A DNA stretch of 47,248 nt from a virus (taxonomy: Duplodnaviria; Heunggongvirae; Uroviricota; Caudoviricetes): the IMG/VR virus record IMGVR_UViG_2711768052_000011; one strand, written 5' to 3'. A model generated the notes under the pieces. It did not search any database. It saw only the letters and a list, made by a program, of their open reading frames with translations, and had not been told where the DNA came from. This document shows positions 21,297 through 31,053 of the stretch, piece by piece (position 1 is the stretch's first letter; each line of letters starts with the position of its first letter). The position numbers were made by a program, and so were the translations under genes.

Positions 21297-22796
21297 TCAG
21301 TTACCAGGCATCGCATGCAGTGCTGTCACTTCAGCATCATCCCCGACAGCACCACCTCCGACAGCTTTCGGCGAATACATCCCCATAAAACGTTCAAACG
21401 CCCGTGCTGTGGCATCTGAAACTGGCGCAGCCTTATCCGGTGCTGCGGCCAGTATGTCGCGGGCAGCCTTCGCCGTCATGCCGGGAAAAGCGGCCAGTTT
21501 TTCAGCCTGTGCCTCAGCCCCTTTTGCCTCATCCAGGGCCATGATCTGATCACGGAGTGAAGATCCGGCATCCGCCTGCGGTGAAGCAGCCAGAATCGGG
21601 CGGGCTTTTTCCACGGTCATATCCGGCATCGCAGCCAGCGTTGCCGCCAGCTGTTCACGACCTTTCGCCTCTTCACACGCCATAATGCGATCGGCCTCAC
21701 TCTGTACAGACTCAGCAGATTGTTGTGGTGCAGCCACGGCCAGAATCGCCCGCGCCTGTTCAACGCTCACCCCCTGTTGTCCTGCCAGCATCGTGGCAAG
21801 CTGTTCACGTCCCTTCGCTTCCTGACACGTCAGGATCCCCATCACTCGCTGGTTCTCCTGCGCAGCGGCTTCCATTGCAGTTAATTGCGGCATAGTGCCT
21901 CCTGTATCGTGTGTGTTCAGCGCCGCATCCATCACTGTGATGGCATCTGACGCATTGATTAATTCATCCGCCAGTCCGATATCTATTCCGGCCTGACCGT
22001 CATAAACGGCGGCTTCAGTACTCATCACCGCCTCAGAACTCATGCCTGTATAAAGCGCCACCTTGTCAACAAACATCTGGCGTGCTTCATCAATACGTCG
22101 TTGAAAATCCGCACACACACCTGCCGGCAATGCCTGAATGCAGTTGCCGTCAACCTTGTGCTTACCAGAGTAAATCAGCGTGATATCCACCCCTTCCTGT
22201 GCCAGTTGTTTCTCGTAACTGGTATGCGCCATCATCACACCAATCGAACCAATTTTTGCCGTTTGTGTGACCAGACGACGCGTACAGGCCGCCGCCAGTA
22301 ACATAGCTGCAGAACAGGCCATCTCATTGCACAACGCCCAGACTGGTTTTTTCTCCCGGAGGCGGTAAATCATGTCGGCACAGTCAAACGCCCCGGCAGC
22401 CTGCCCTCCGGGACTGTCAATGTCCAGCAGTACCCCCCGGACCGAGGGATCCACCATTGCCTGCTGAAGGCAGGCGACAATGCCGTCATAGCCAGTCATT
22501 CCGGAAAACGGCCGCATTCCACCCAGCCGATGAACCAGCGTGCCTGTCACCGGCAGAATGGCAATGCCGTTCACTACGCGGTAAACACGGGCCGATCGTT
22601 TACCTCCGGCCATGTACTCATCCGTTTCAGCCAGCATCTCAGGGGCATCAAGGTGTACCTGTTGCTGAGGTACCGAAAGGCTTGTTGCGCCCATCTCACG
22701 CCCCAGTGCACAAAAGAAAACCCGCGCATAGGCGGGTTCCAGAAGAAGCGGTGCATTGAATGCTGCAGCAATAATGTGTGAAAGATTACGTCTCAT
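21297..22796 (-). CDS. C: prohead protease C with in-frame scaffold (Nu3-like) C-terminal region
   Basis: 499 aa; N-terminal S49/ClpP-like protease region resembling lambda gpC, Ala/Glu-rich repetitive C-terminus. Confidence 0.85.
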   Translation of the reverse strand: MRRNLSHIIAAAFNAPLLLEPAYARVFFCALGREMGATSLSVPQQQVHLDAPEMLAETDEYMAGGKRSARVYRVVNGIAILPVTGTLVHRLGGMRPFSGMTGYDGIVACLQQAMVDPSVRGVLLDIDSPGGQAAGAFDCADMIYRLREKKPVWALCNEMACSAAMLLAAACTRRLVTQTAKIGSIGVMMAHTSYEKQLAQEGVDITLIYSGKHKVDGNCIQALPAGVCADFQRRIDEARQMFVDKVALYTGMSSEAVMSTEAAVYDGQAGIDIGLADELINASDAITVMDAALNTHDTGGTMPQLTAMEAAAQENQRVMGILTCQEAKGREQLATMLAGQQGVSVEQARAILAVAAPQQSAESVQSEADRIMACEEAKGREQLAATLAAMPDMTVEKARPILAASPQADAGSSLRDQIMALDEAKGAEAQAEKLAAFPGMTAKAARDILAAAPDKAAPVSDATARAFERFMGMYSPKAVGGGAVGDDAEVTALHAMPGN

Positions 22797-24378
22797 GTGG
22801 TGTTGCCTCCTCTTCCGGCCTGCGGCTATCCGCTATCTGCTGCTGATACGTCTGTGCTATCCACACCGGACGGGAGAGCCCGGCTTTTTCCCGCTCTGTG
22901 GATTCCCTGACCTGCTGGCGGAAAATGTCCTGATAATCTTCCCCCATCAGTGCCAGCTCTTTCTCATACGTACTCAGTCCGGCCTCAATGCGCATCACTG
23001 ATTCCTGGACTTCCTTGAGCCCGTCAATGGCCATTCTTCCGGAGCCAATCCACTCTGCCCGTGACCAGGCTGAACGCGCCTGATAAAAATCAAAACGTGC
23101 CCGTGGCGGACGAATAATCCCCCGAAGAAGCGCCTCTTCCAGCCAGCAGGAAAACATCTGCGTAGCCAGCCGGGACGCAATAAATTTTCGTCGTCCCATA
23201 AAATAGCGCCACGACTCATTGGCTGAGGCACGGGCACTTGAGTAACTGACCTTCGAGTAATCACGGGAAAGCTGTTCGTAGGAAACGCCCAGACCGGCGG
23301 CGATATATCGCAGCAGCGCCTGTTCAAGTGCCGAAAATCCATTGTCTGAATCCTGCGCCGTCTGCAGGTTCAGCGCATCACCGGGGAAAAGGTGCGGAAT
23401 TTTAACACCGCCCAGCGTCACGTTATTCATGTCATACCAGCGGGTAAACTTCTCCAGAATATTAATGAGCGGATTATCCTGCTGACCTTCCGGTGCACCC
23501 GCGATATATTCAAATGCCTTTTCGGTATCAAGTTCACTTTCGATCGTGGCAGCATACATCGCCTTCACAATGGCCGACTGAAGCTGTGTGGCCTGCAGGG
23601 AATCGAGCATCTTCAGACGCTCCATGACGCTGTAGAACTGATTAGCTCCACGGGTCTGCCCGTCCTCTACCGGTTCAAAGATATGCAACATGGCCGGACG
23701 CCCGGTGGGAAGTTCACGGGGGATCCGCTCCCAGCGCCCACTACCAGAGAACGGAAAATCATCTTCACAGACATGATAGGCCTGTGCCCTGCCGCACCGG
23801 TCCATTTCCACCCCGGCCCGCAGAAAGCGGTTTCCCATACCATGCCCTGGTGTGTCCACCCGTTTCGGACTCACGGCTTTAAAACGCGTACGAAATAACT
23901 GTGTACTTTCCGCATCCCAGACCGGCTGCACAAAGATTTCGCCGTTAAAGGCATGCACTCCCACACCTTCACGAATAAACTCCGTAAACGTGCGTTTACC
24001 TTCAGCGTCGATTTCGCCAAACATCCCTTCCGCATATTCCGACCAGGCTGTCTCCACCTCATCGACAAAGTTCTTTGCCGAACTCTCCCGCATCCCCAGC
24101 CAGCGCCAGTTGGGACGATAGCTGATAAGAAACATGTGCCCGACTATGTGATCCTTATGCAGTGCCACCGCATTGGCCGCAATGCCGTTATTGCGTACCA
24201 GATCATCGGCACGGGCATTACCCAGACGCAACGCGGGTAGCAGGGCTGCATCTGCACTCTGAGCCGGTGGCAACCATTCCGCCATTTGCCCACCAAATCC
24301 TGCACCACCACCGCTGTAGCTGAGACTCTCACGAAGCGGAGCGCCATTCACATCAATCAGGACAGGCGCACGTTTCAT
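22786..24378 (-). CDS. B: portal protein B
   Basis: Start at MKRAPVLIDVNG; near-identical to lambda gpB by recall. Confidence 0.9.
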   Translation of the reverse strand: MKRAPVLIDVNGAPLRESLSYSGGGAGFGGQMAEWLPPAQSADAALLPALRLGNARADDLVRNNGIAANAVALHKDHIVGHMFLISYRPNWRWLGMRESSAKNFVDEVETAWSEYAEGMFGEIDAEGKRTFTEFIREGVGVHAFNGEIFVQPVWDAESTQLFRTRFKAVSPKRVDTPGHGMGNRFLRAGVEMDRCGRAQAYHVCEDDFPFSGSGRWERIPRELPTGRPAMLHIFEPVEDGQTRGANQFYSVMERLKMLDSLQATQLQSAIVKAMYAATIESELDTEKAFEYIAGAPEGQQDNPLINILEKFTRWYDMNNVTLGGVKIPHLFPGDALNLQTAQDSDNGFSALEQALLRYIAAGLGVSYEQLSRDYSKVSYSSARASANESWRYFMGRRKFIASRLATQMFSCWLEEALLRGIIRPPRARFDFYQARSAWSRAEWIGSGRMAIDGLKEVQESVMRIEAGLSTYEKELALMGEDYQDIFRQQVRESTEREKAGLSRPVWIAQTYQQQIADSRRPEEEATPHET

Positions 24379-24581
24379 AACCTCACTCCCAGCGGACGAC
24401 GACGGCGGCAAGTTGTGCCGAGTACGGCCTCCGCATCATTGATCGCACGGTTAAGTTCATCCAGAGAAGCTGCCGTATATTCAATTCTTCGACCATCTTT
24501 CTGTACCGACACCACCCGTTTACCGGTTAATAAATCAAGGCGTGCCTGACGCAGTGCCTTCAGTTCATCAATAGTTACCAT
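24375..24581 (-). CDS. W: head-tail joining protein W
   Basis: 68 aa, lambda gpW-like. Confidence 0.9.
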   Translation of the reverse strand: MVTIDELKALRQARLDLLTGKRVVSVQKDGRRIEYTAASLDELNRAINDAEAVLGTTCRRRRPLGVRL

Positions 24582-26496
24582 TCACTCCTCCGGACAGTTT
24601 TGCTGCCAGTTCTTCAAGGGTTGGCCGGACAGTTTCCTTCTCCCGGGATTTTGCCAGTACAGCCAGATCAAGCTGCCAGCGTTGCACGGACACACGTAAT
24701 GCCGCGTAGGCATACACCAGGCAGTCCAGCGCTTCGTTACGCCGCTTTTTGTTATCCCACAGCAGACGCATCTTCCCTTTTTCCCACTTCTCCACGAGCT
24801 CTTCCGCCACCAGTTGCTGCGCCTCTGTCTGCGAAAAAATCTCCGGATCATCAGGAAAACGGATGGCATACGACGTGGCTTCATCCGCAGGCGTGGGAGC
24901 GGACTTCATACGGGCATAGAGAATTTCTTTTGCGGTGTCCGTCCCCACCTCACACAGATAAACACCCCGCTGATTGCGAGTTTTCGGCATGGTGATCACT
25001 GGCTTGCCATAGACAGAAGCGCCTTTTACCGGCAACACCCGAAAAACACCGTGTTTTTTTGATCTCCGATAAACTATTTCACCATCGATCCCCCCGATGT
25101 CCCAGCAGACACGGGAAATGGACATTTCGGTACCATCTGCATGGCAGTATTTTTTGTTGATCGCCGCATCCACACGTAACAGCGTCTCTTCCTCATCAGG
25201 ACGCCCCATAATGATGATTTTATCCACCAGAAAGGCTTCCTCTCCCGGAGCCCATCCCCAGACATACATCTCAAAACGGTTTCGCTGAGAGTCAATGCCC
25301 GCCGTCAGATAAACCACCCGAAAAGGCACCGCAGCCGTGTAACGCACAACCTTATCCATCAGTGCCTGGTAATCGAGTTTTTCACCCACAGCCTCTTCGT
25401 AGGTCTCTCCCAGCGTGGTGTTAATAAATGTCTTGACGCCGTTCGGATCTTTCAGCGCATCCAGCCAGTCGTAGACAATCTGCACCCAGGTGGTGAACGG
25501 GCTATAGGCCGTCCAGATGTGGTACGTGATGGAGCGCGGTGGCGGCATCTCCTCATCACTGGCACTGAAAAATGCCAGACCGTCACGCGTCCACATCCCG
25601 GTATTGTCACAAATCCAGCGTCCGTCGATCTGGTCAAGTTCCGACTGCCGGATCACACAGCCATTATGTTCACACAGGTAATACACCGTTTCCGGTTTAC
25701 CCTTCTCCCATTTCAGGCCAAACGGCGTCGCATCATCACCAAACTTCAGATACTGGATCTCCCCGCAATGAGGGCAAGGAACATAAAACCGCATGAAATG
25801 CGCAGATTCATTCGCGGCTTTCTCAATCTGACAGGAGCCTTTAATTTTTGGCGTTGAACCGCGTATGGATTTAGGCCATACCGAGCCTTCAATACGTTTA
25901 TCACCAAGCAGCGTCGGCGAACCTTCTTTTTCCACATCCGGTTCAAACGAGGAGAGTTCGTCATAGCAGACCACATCCACAGATTTTTCACGGTAATTTT
26001 TGGCAGCAGCTCCCCCCAGGCACCAGAACCCCACACCGGAGGAAAAACGCTTCAGGGTGAGCGTGTTGTCACGATGTTTTCTGCCCAGCCACGGAGACAA
26101 CGCTTTAAGGCAGGGGACATCCCGCAATGTTGCTTCCACATGCGCTTTCATAAAATCTTCAGCGGCAGAATCAGTAGGCTGGAAAAGCAGGCTGTTACGG
26201 GATTTATGCTCTATAAAATACCCGACCACACCCAGCAACATTTTGGTGTAACCCACGCGCGCCGATTTAATCAGATTAATGGTACGGATCTGGTCGTTAC
26301 CCATGCTATTCATGATAGCGACCTGAAATGGCAGGGTTTTCCATTCCCCCTCACCATATGACGATTCTTTAGGCAGGTAATAATTTTGATCTGCCCATTC
26401 AACTGCCGTTACTGGCAATGCCCTTACCAGCGGCTGCAACGCAGTTCTGACAGCCCGGGCCATATTATTCAGTTGTTGTCTGGATATACTCATCAA
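24568..26496 (-). CDS. A: terminase large subunit A
   Basis: 642 aa, lambda gpA-like throughout (AVEWADxNYYLPKES, Walker-type ATPase region, C-terminal nuclease). Confidence 0.9.
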   Translation of the reverse strand: MMSISRQQLNNMARAVRTALQPLVRALPVTAVEWADQNYYLPKESSYGEGEWKTLPFQVAIMNSMGNDQIRTINLIKSARVGYTKMLLGVVGYFIEHKSRNSLLFQPTDSAAEDFMKAHVEATLRDVPCLKALSPWLGRKHRDNTLTLKRFSSGVGFWCLGGAAAKNYREKSVDVVCYDELSSFEPDVEKEGSPTLLGDKRIEGSVWPKSIRGSTPKIKGSCQIEKAANESAHFMRFYVPCPHCGEIQYLKFGDDATPFGLKWEKGKPETVYYLCEHNGCVIRQSELDQIDGRWICDNTGMWTRDGLAFFSASDEEMPPPRSITYHIWTAYSPFTTWVQIVYDWLDALKDPNGVKTFINTTLGETYEEAVGEKLDYQALMDKVVRYTAAVPFRVVYLTAGIDSQRNRFEMYVWGWAPGEEAFLVDKIIIMGRPDEEETLLRVDAAINKKYCHADGTEMSISRVCWDIGGIDGEIVYRRSKKHGVFRVLPVKGASVYGKPVITMPKTRNQRGVYLCEVGTDTAKEILYARMKSAPTPADEATSYAIRFPDDPEIFSQTEAQQLVAEELVEKWEKGKMRLLWDNKKRRNEALDCLVYAYAALRVSVQRWQLDLAVLAKSREKETVRPTLEELAAKLSGGVNGNY

Positions 26497-26971
26497 GTAA
26501 CTCCGGTAATTTATCCCCTGCCCGTGCGCACTGATTTGCTCCCTTTGCGATAAGGGTTTTCAGATGATCAATGTGACGCGGAGTTAAATCAGGGAACTGT
26601 CGTTGCATGGATAAAGGAATGGAATCAAGCGTACTGGACAATGCCATCGCCAGCTTACTGAGAGCAAAAACACAGAACTCTGAATCAACAAGTTTTCCTT
26701 CTGTTACCTGATTTTTAAGTTTTTGCGCTACGGTCTGTTCTTCAGTCAGTTCAGCTCTGGCGCGGAGCAATCTTTCCTCCAGATCACTCTCGTCATCACG
26801 TGTTTTCTGATTTTGTTGTCGCCTTTCGCGATCTATCTCCAGTACGGTTTTAACGTCATAAAAAACTTCCCTCCCCCGACGCTCAACAGGAGGAACGCCC
26901 CATTTATCAAATGCCTGAACGGATATACCGATAGAGGAGGCCATATCGCTTTTATTCAATAAAAAGGCCAT
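26465..26971 (-). CDS. Nu1: terminase small subunit Nu1
   Basis: C-terminal two-thirds alignable to lambda Nu1; chosen start MAFLLNKSD has GGAG 5 nt upstream; alternative starts at 26989 or 27076. Confidence 0.75.
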   Translation of the reverse strand: MAFLLNKSDMASSIGISVQAFDKWGVPPVERRGREVFYDVKTVLEIDRERRQQNQKTRDDESDLEERLLRARAELTEEQTVAQKLKNQVTEGKLVDSEFCVFALSKLAMALSSTLDSIPLSMQRQFPDLTPRHIDHLKTLIAKGANQCARAGDKLPELLDEYIQTTTE

Positions 26972-27149
26972 CTCCTCTCCATAAGTCATCGATAAAAAGC
27001 GATACAACAACCATGCGTTTTTGCAAAAACGTTTGATCTTGTTGATGTTTTTTACATTAACGACATCAAAAAACACCGTCAGGTTGTTGTATTTATTTGA
27101 TTTTTATCTTACTTATCAATGAGATATAGCAAACAATTAAACAACAACC

Positions 27150-27240
27150 CCCCCCCTCAAAAAATTTCATAAATAGCGAAAACCCGCGCGCCTGCCGCCC
27201 CGTGGAAGGCCTCCCCACCGGAAGGACCCACACAAATGAG
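27150..27240 (-). other. cos site (cosN with flanking sequence); candidate 12-nt cohesive end GGGCGGCAGGCG at approx. 27189..27200
   Basis: Minus strand reads GGGCGGCAGGCGCGCGGGTTTTCGCTATTTATGAAA, matching the lambda left end (GGGCGGCGACCTCGCGGGTTTTCGCTATTTATGAAA) by recall; upstream side resembles lambda right end. Confidence 0.75.
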
Positions 27241-27617
27241 AGCGTTTATCATTAACATTTGCAGATAAGATGACGTACATCATTGAAACGCCATTCAGCC
27301 ATATACCGGCAGCATTCGTAGTTGCACTCCGTAACTCTGCGACTAAGGTTAAAAACATGGCCCTCTTTTGCCACCGGCAAATCTTCAATGGATTTCCCCT
27401 GCCGGTTTTTTATTTTCGTCGATGCATAACATTGCATTTACATCAATAGCGGCTATTGTCATTAGTATGTTGCATCAATGCATGGGTGGTATTGGCGGTC
27501 TTCGCCGGCCGCTTCTGTGTAGCTGCTCCCTGTGACCGGTTTTTTATTTCTCACATTACAGCAACCCCTTAGAGTGAAGGGCTGCTGTAATGCCTGTTAC
27601 TCAGTAACTACCGCACC

Positions 27618-27926
27618 TTACGGTAATTTCATGAAGGCAAATACCGGACAGCCCGGATGACGAGCATCTTCTGTTGCTTCCAGCATTGACTCACCAAACC
27701 ACTCCGTCGTGGCGCGACCGTCAGCTGCTTTGTAGTGGATCAAGTACTGGTTTTCGCCATCCGCATACTGCGCACGGGCTTTAACCTCACCCCATTCATC
27801 ACTGATGCGCATCTCCACCAGTTGAGACAACTCAAACTTAAACGGAGCAGCATCAGCACCAATTACAATCGGTTTGTTTTCTGTTTTTCCATCATCGTCT
27901 CCTGATATCGAAGCCCGTCGCCGCAC
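27618..27926 (-). CDS. hypothetical protein between lysis cassette and cos
   Basis: 102-aa ORF (apparent GTG start, no clear SD); soluble, no recognised motif. Confidence 0.3.
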   Translation of the reverse strand: MRRRASISGDDDGKTENKPIVIGADAAPFKFELSQLVEMRISDEWGEVKARAQYADGENQYLIHYKAADGRATTEWFGESMLEATEDARHPGCPVFAFMKLP

Positions 27927-28066
27927 CGGGCACTGATCAACATTTGAGTATTCGCGGCGACAGAAAGAATTTATTTTATTGAATAGCCACTAACACAGAA
28001 TTTCATGCTTTCCGGACGCTGGCGCGCCCTTCATTTTTCAGCAAAATATTCCGCTATTACAGATGA

Positions 28067-28249
28067 TCAGTTCTGCAGACACTGCCGAACGCCATCGATA
28101 AGCTGGCAGACCTGAGAAGCCGTATCGAAAAGCTGGCGCGCCTTATCCAGGCTGACGCATCCCACCAATAAAAAAGGCACCAGTATCGCTACCAGTGCCC
28201 ATTTCGCCGCCGTTCGCGGCATTCTGTGTGTCCAGTGTTTTCTGCTCAT
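28067..28249 (-). CDS. putative lysis-associated lipoprotein (o-spanin/Rz1-like candidate)
   Basis: Start MSRKHWTHRMPRTAAKW; basic n-region, hydrophobic core, lipobox LVGC; 14 nt downstream of endolysin stop; short, not proline-rich. Confidence 0.4.
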   Translation of the reverse strand: MSRKHWTHRMPRTAAKWALVAILVPFLLVGCVSLDKARQLFDTASQVCQLIDGVRQCLQN

Positions 28250-28263
28250 AACACACCTGGTTA

Positions 28264-28650
28264 TCAGCGTTTCAACTGAAAGTGAGGCCCGTCTTTCAGT
28301 GTTTTCCAGTCCCCACCCCATTCGATGGCAGTTCCCAGCTCTGCGGCAGCCTGCTTAAATGCCTGCGCGATTTTCTCGTACAGAGGCCAGTCCCATGACA
28401 CCTGGCTGCCAATGTAGGCCACAACATCCACCGCATCACCTGTAAGGTGGCGGCTGTTCATGGTCTGGCTTTTCCCTGCCGCTACCAGCTGTTTCTGGCG
28501 ATACTTACTGCGCAGACCTTCCGTGATACCAAAATCAACCTCCGTCAGCTCCAGCGCACGGCGAACGACAGCAACCAGCTGTGGTTTGACGCCCTCCAGA
28601 TTTTTTTCACTGCGACGGCTGAATCTGAATTTACCCGGCATCATATTCAC
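28264..28650 (-). CDS. endolysin, L-alanyl-D-glutamate peptidase (peptidase M15, T5-Lys type)
   Basis: Zn-binding motifs HxxGxAxD (RHLTGDAVD) and DxxH (KDGPHF); overall pattern resembles T5 endolysin by recall. Confidence 0.8.
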   Translation of the reverse strand: MNMMPGKFRFSRRSEKNLEGVKPQLVAVVRRALELTEVDFGITEGLRSKYRQKQLVAAGKSQTMNSRHLTGDAVDVVAYIGSQVSWDWPLYEKIAQAFKQAAAELGTAIEWGGDWKTLKDGPHFQLKR

Positions 28651-28922
28651 CTCAACAATGGAAAGATTTTTGTGACGTTCCCGCGTGCGCGTATCACCAG
28701 CACGCAGAACAGCAGGTTAAAAAACACTTCCAGCCAGCCCGTTGCTAACGGGCGACCACACAGATAGCTGAGGGGCGCAAAGGCATACAGCAGCATCAGC
28801 AGCCAGGCCAGCCATGACATCAGCGGTTTGTGTCTGGAGTCACGACGACGATAAAAAAAGAGCGTCAGCACGATAACCGTGCATAACGCCACATTCAGTA
28901 ATCCGGGAAGGTTACTTAACAT
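28647..28922 (-). CDS. membrane protein in lysis cassette (holin/antiholin candidate)
   Basis: 91 aa, three hydrophobic segments, GGAGG RBS, start overlaps preceding gene stop. Confidence 0.45.
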   Translation of the reverse strand: MLSNLPGLLNVALCTVIVLTLFFYRRRDSRHKPLMSWLAWLLMLLYAFAPLSYLCGRPLATGWLEVFFNLLFCVLVIRARGNVTKIFPLLR

Positions 28923-29304
28923 TGCCGCCTCCTCCGCCCCGCAGGCGCGAGAACAGGCCGGACACCAGTGATGCGATATCCTGCTGGTGGATGAACGACA
29001 GAATCTTCACCGACACCACCGCCACCAGCACCGCACACAGTGCATCCGCAGATGTACCGTCATAACCTGTTTTTGATGCAATCCAGGCTGACAGTACACG
29101 CGCCCCCAGTACACCAACAATGAACGACACCAGAAAATGTGCCGCCACACGCCAGGCTGAAATCTTCTGCGGCATCGTTGCCACAAACAACGCCCCGGCG
29201 AACGCACCAAACACAATCCCGAAATCCGTTCCGGTAAACAGCCCGAATACCGTCGCCCCGCCGAGCGCCGCAGCCGTGCCGGAACCGGATAAGGGTTCAG
29301 ACAT
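28912..29304 (-). CDS. putative holin (3-TM, Gly/Ala-rich helices)
   Basis: Start MSEPLSGSGTAAALGG with GGAGA RBS; multiple TM segments, charged C-terminus. Confidence 0.5.
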   Translation of the reverse strand: MSEPLSGSGTAAALGGATVFGLFTGTDFGIVFGAFAGALFVATMPQKISAWRVAAHFLVSFIVGVLGARVLSAWIASKTGYDGTSADALCAVLVAVVSVKILSFIHQQDIASLVSGLFSRLRGGGGGNVK

Positions 29305-29391
29305 ACTTTTTCTCCTGTAAATAAAAAAGGGCCACCAACGGCCCATAAAAACACCCCATCAAAGGCACCCGCAGATGCCTTTTGTGTGGTG

Positions 29392-29544
29392 TTATTCAGA
29401 TTTACGCAGTAAAGGCCGGAGCACGACCAGCGCCATCGCCACCAGCACACCATCTGCCAGCACCGACATCAGCCGTCCGGTGAAATCCACCACCACTACC
29501 AGAAACAGCAGGATGGCAGCCAGCACAAGGCGCGCACTTTTCAC
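29392..29544 (-). CDS. small hydrophobic membrane protein (approx. 50 aa), translationally coupled
   Basis: GTG start overlaps stop of upstream gene (GTGA); product VKSARLVLAAILLFLVVVVDFTGRLMSVLADGVLVAMALVVLRPLLRKSE; not in ORF track (below 60 aa). Confidence 0.35.
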   Translation of the reverse strand: MKSARLVLAAILLFLVVVVDFTGRLMSVLADGVLVAMALVVLRPLLRKSE

Positions 29545-29966
29545 AGGTACTGCTCCAGCGGCAACTGCAACGCCTGTGCAATTTTCTTGAGCTGCACTTC
29601 TTCATCAGGACCGATGCCGTCCTGGTCAGCAATATCCAGACACAGACACAGCACGTTAACTGCATCATCAGTACCGGCAACATCAGCCAGCTGACGAAGG
29701 GCTTCGGCATTGGCAGAACGCGGTGACGCTTCATAACGGGCGCGGATATTTGCACTCATTTGTGCAATCTCACCCGAGAACGGCGCAAAGGCAGGAAGTG
29801 CTGCAATGGTTTTCTCCAGCACAGCGATTTCTTTCGCATCACAGGTGCCGTCGGCGAATGCTATGGAATACGCACCCCAGACGGTCGCCTCCACTGCATC
29901 GCGGTTCTCCATCTTCTTCACTTCGGTAATGGCCTTGCGGGTTTTCTTTTTGAAAATACCAAACAT
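29541..29966 (-). CDS. hypothetical protein, TerB-like features, first gene of lysis cluster
   Basis: 141 aa soluble acidic protein with ADG and acidic patches reminiscent of TerB-like fold; AAGGAAAAG RBS. Confidence 0.45.
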   Translation of the reverse strand: MFGIFKKKTRKAITEVKKMENRDAVEATVWGAYSIAFADGTCDAKEIAVLEKTIAALPAFAPFSGEIAQMSANIRARYEASPRSANAEALRQLADVAGTDDAVNVLCLCLDIADQDGIGPDEEVQLKKIAQALQLPLEQYL

Positions 29967-30335
29967 CGTGACTTTTCCTTTTAGTGGGTGAGCCTGCGCC
30001 CGGGGGTGACCAGCCCACAGAGAAAGTCACACTGACCATCCCGTAAGCTCACCCCTGAAAGGCTCTGTGGTTTTTGATGTGCGCCGGGCGTGGCGCAAAG
30101 AAATGAAATAAGACTTACCTGAAATTAAGGTTAATCTGAGGATTTAAACCATTTTTAAAGCTTAGTAATATCAACTCGTCTCCTGAAGGAGACAGATACT
30201 TATGATTCTTCATGGACTTTGTCCCGCGGCGTTAATCCGACGGCCGCGCTTTTTTTGCGCCATATTCATCGCTAACTTACATGGCATTGCCACACGGGCA
30301 TTATCAGTGTCCGTGTTTCTTTTTTTAGGATTCAG

Positions 30336-30364
30336 AATAAAAAAAACCGCCCGGTGGAGGCGGT
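30336..30364 (-). terminator. intrinsic terminator in late leader
   Basis: Minus strand ACCGCC-(7 nt loop)-GGCGGT followed by T8. Confidence 0.6.
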
Positions 30365-30631
30365 AAAGGATGTATTTCCAGGTTTTGCTTAATATATGAA
30401 TAATCTCAATGTCATGGTGTTATTTACAACACCAGAATGATGCATCACCGACCCTGCCAGGAAATATAAAATCTCCGCCGAAAATGCACCATTCTGCTGC
30501 CGTAAAAAAATCAGCACTGCGGCTACACCCGACCCCAAATCATAGCCAGAGAACAGAATGTTTTTAACAATCTACCCCCACGTAATAAAAAAATACGTCA
30601 GTGCCGTCACTATAAGGCGTATTTCAAATGT

Positions 30632-30680
<49 letters not shown>

Positions 30681-30833
30681 TGCTCTATCCGGATGAGCTA
30701 GTGACGGTTTTATTGCCACATCCGTAACAACAGTCGACAGGAATAATATACATTCAGAATCAGCCGCCTTAGCTAATTGTGCAACCATCTGCTCTTTGCA
30801 AGTGCACTTAACGTCCTGCGCCACTTTTCAGGC

Positions 30834-30862
30834 ATAAAAAAACCCGCTCAGTGGCGGGATCT
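30834..30862 (-). terminator. intrinsic terminator (candidate tR')
   Basis: Minus strand CCCGC-(6 nt)-GCGGG followed by T8. Confidence 0.55.
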
Positions 30863-30989
30863 TTTGATAAAAACGACAAAGGCACCATTAAGGTGCCTTT
30901 TACACAGGGGCAGCAGGCTTGTCATCACCTCATCGCTACTCCTGGCTTCCTGTTCGGAAGTCTCACAAGTCCCATCAGGGTACAGCGAC

Positions 30990-31018
30990 AGTATCAGCCA
31001 ACACACTATGTGTGTCAA
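30990..31018 (-). promoter_or_regulatory. candidate sigma70 promoter (possible late promoter pR')
   Basis: Minus strand TTGACA, 17-nt spacer containing palindrome ACACACTATGTGTGT, then GATACT. Confidence 0.35.
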
Positions 31019-31053
31019 TATAAATTCATATCGAATTCGATAATCGTTTTCGA

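Noticed and set aside
20503-21549. 348-aa plus-strand ORF spanning the E-D-C region
   Set aside because: Crosses two gene boundaries on the opposite strand; antisense artefact
27167-27437. Small minus-strand ORFs (73 and 61 aa) overlapping the cos region
   Set aside because: Lie across cosN and its flanking region, which matches lambda non-coding sequence
29007-29755. 148-aa and 117-aa minus-strand ORFs overlapping the holin and small-membrane genes in other frames
   Set aside because: Cys/Arg/Trp-rich products; the overlapping frames with RBSs and TM segments are more plausible
30202-30369. Plus-strand approx. 55-codon ORF with AGGAG-like sequence in the late leader
   Set aside because: Contains an internal hairpin plus T-run and ends in the strong minus-strand terminator; SD spacing long; likely non-coding
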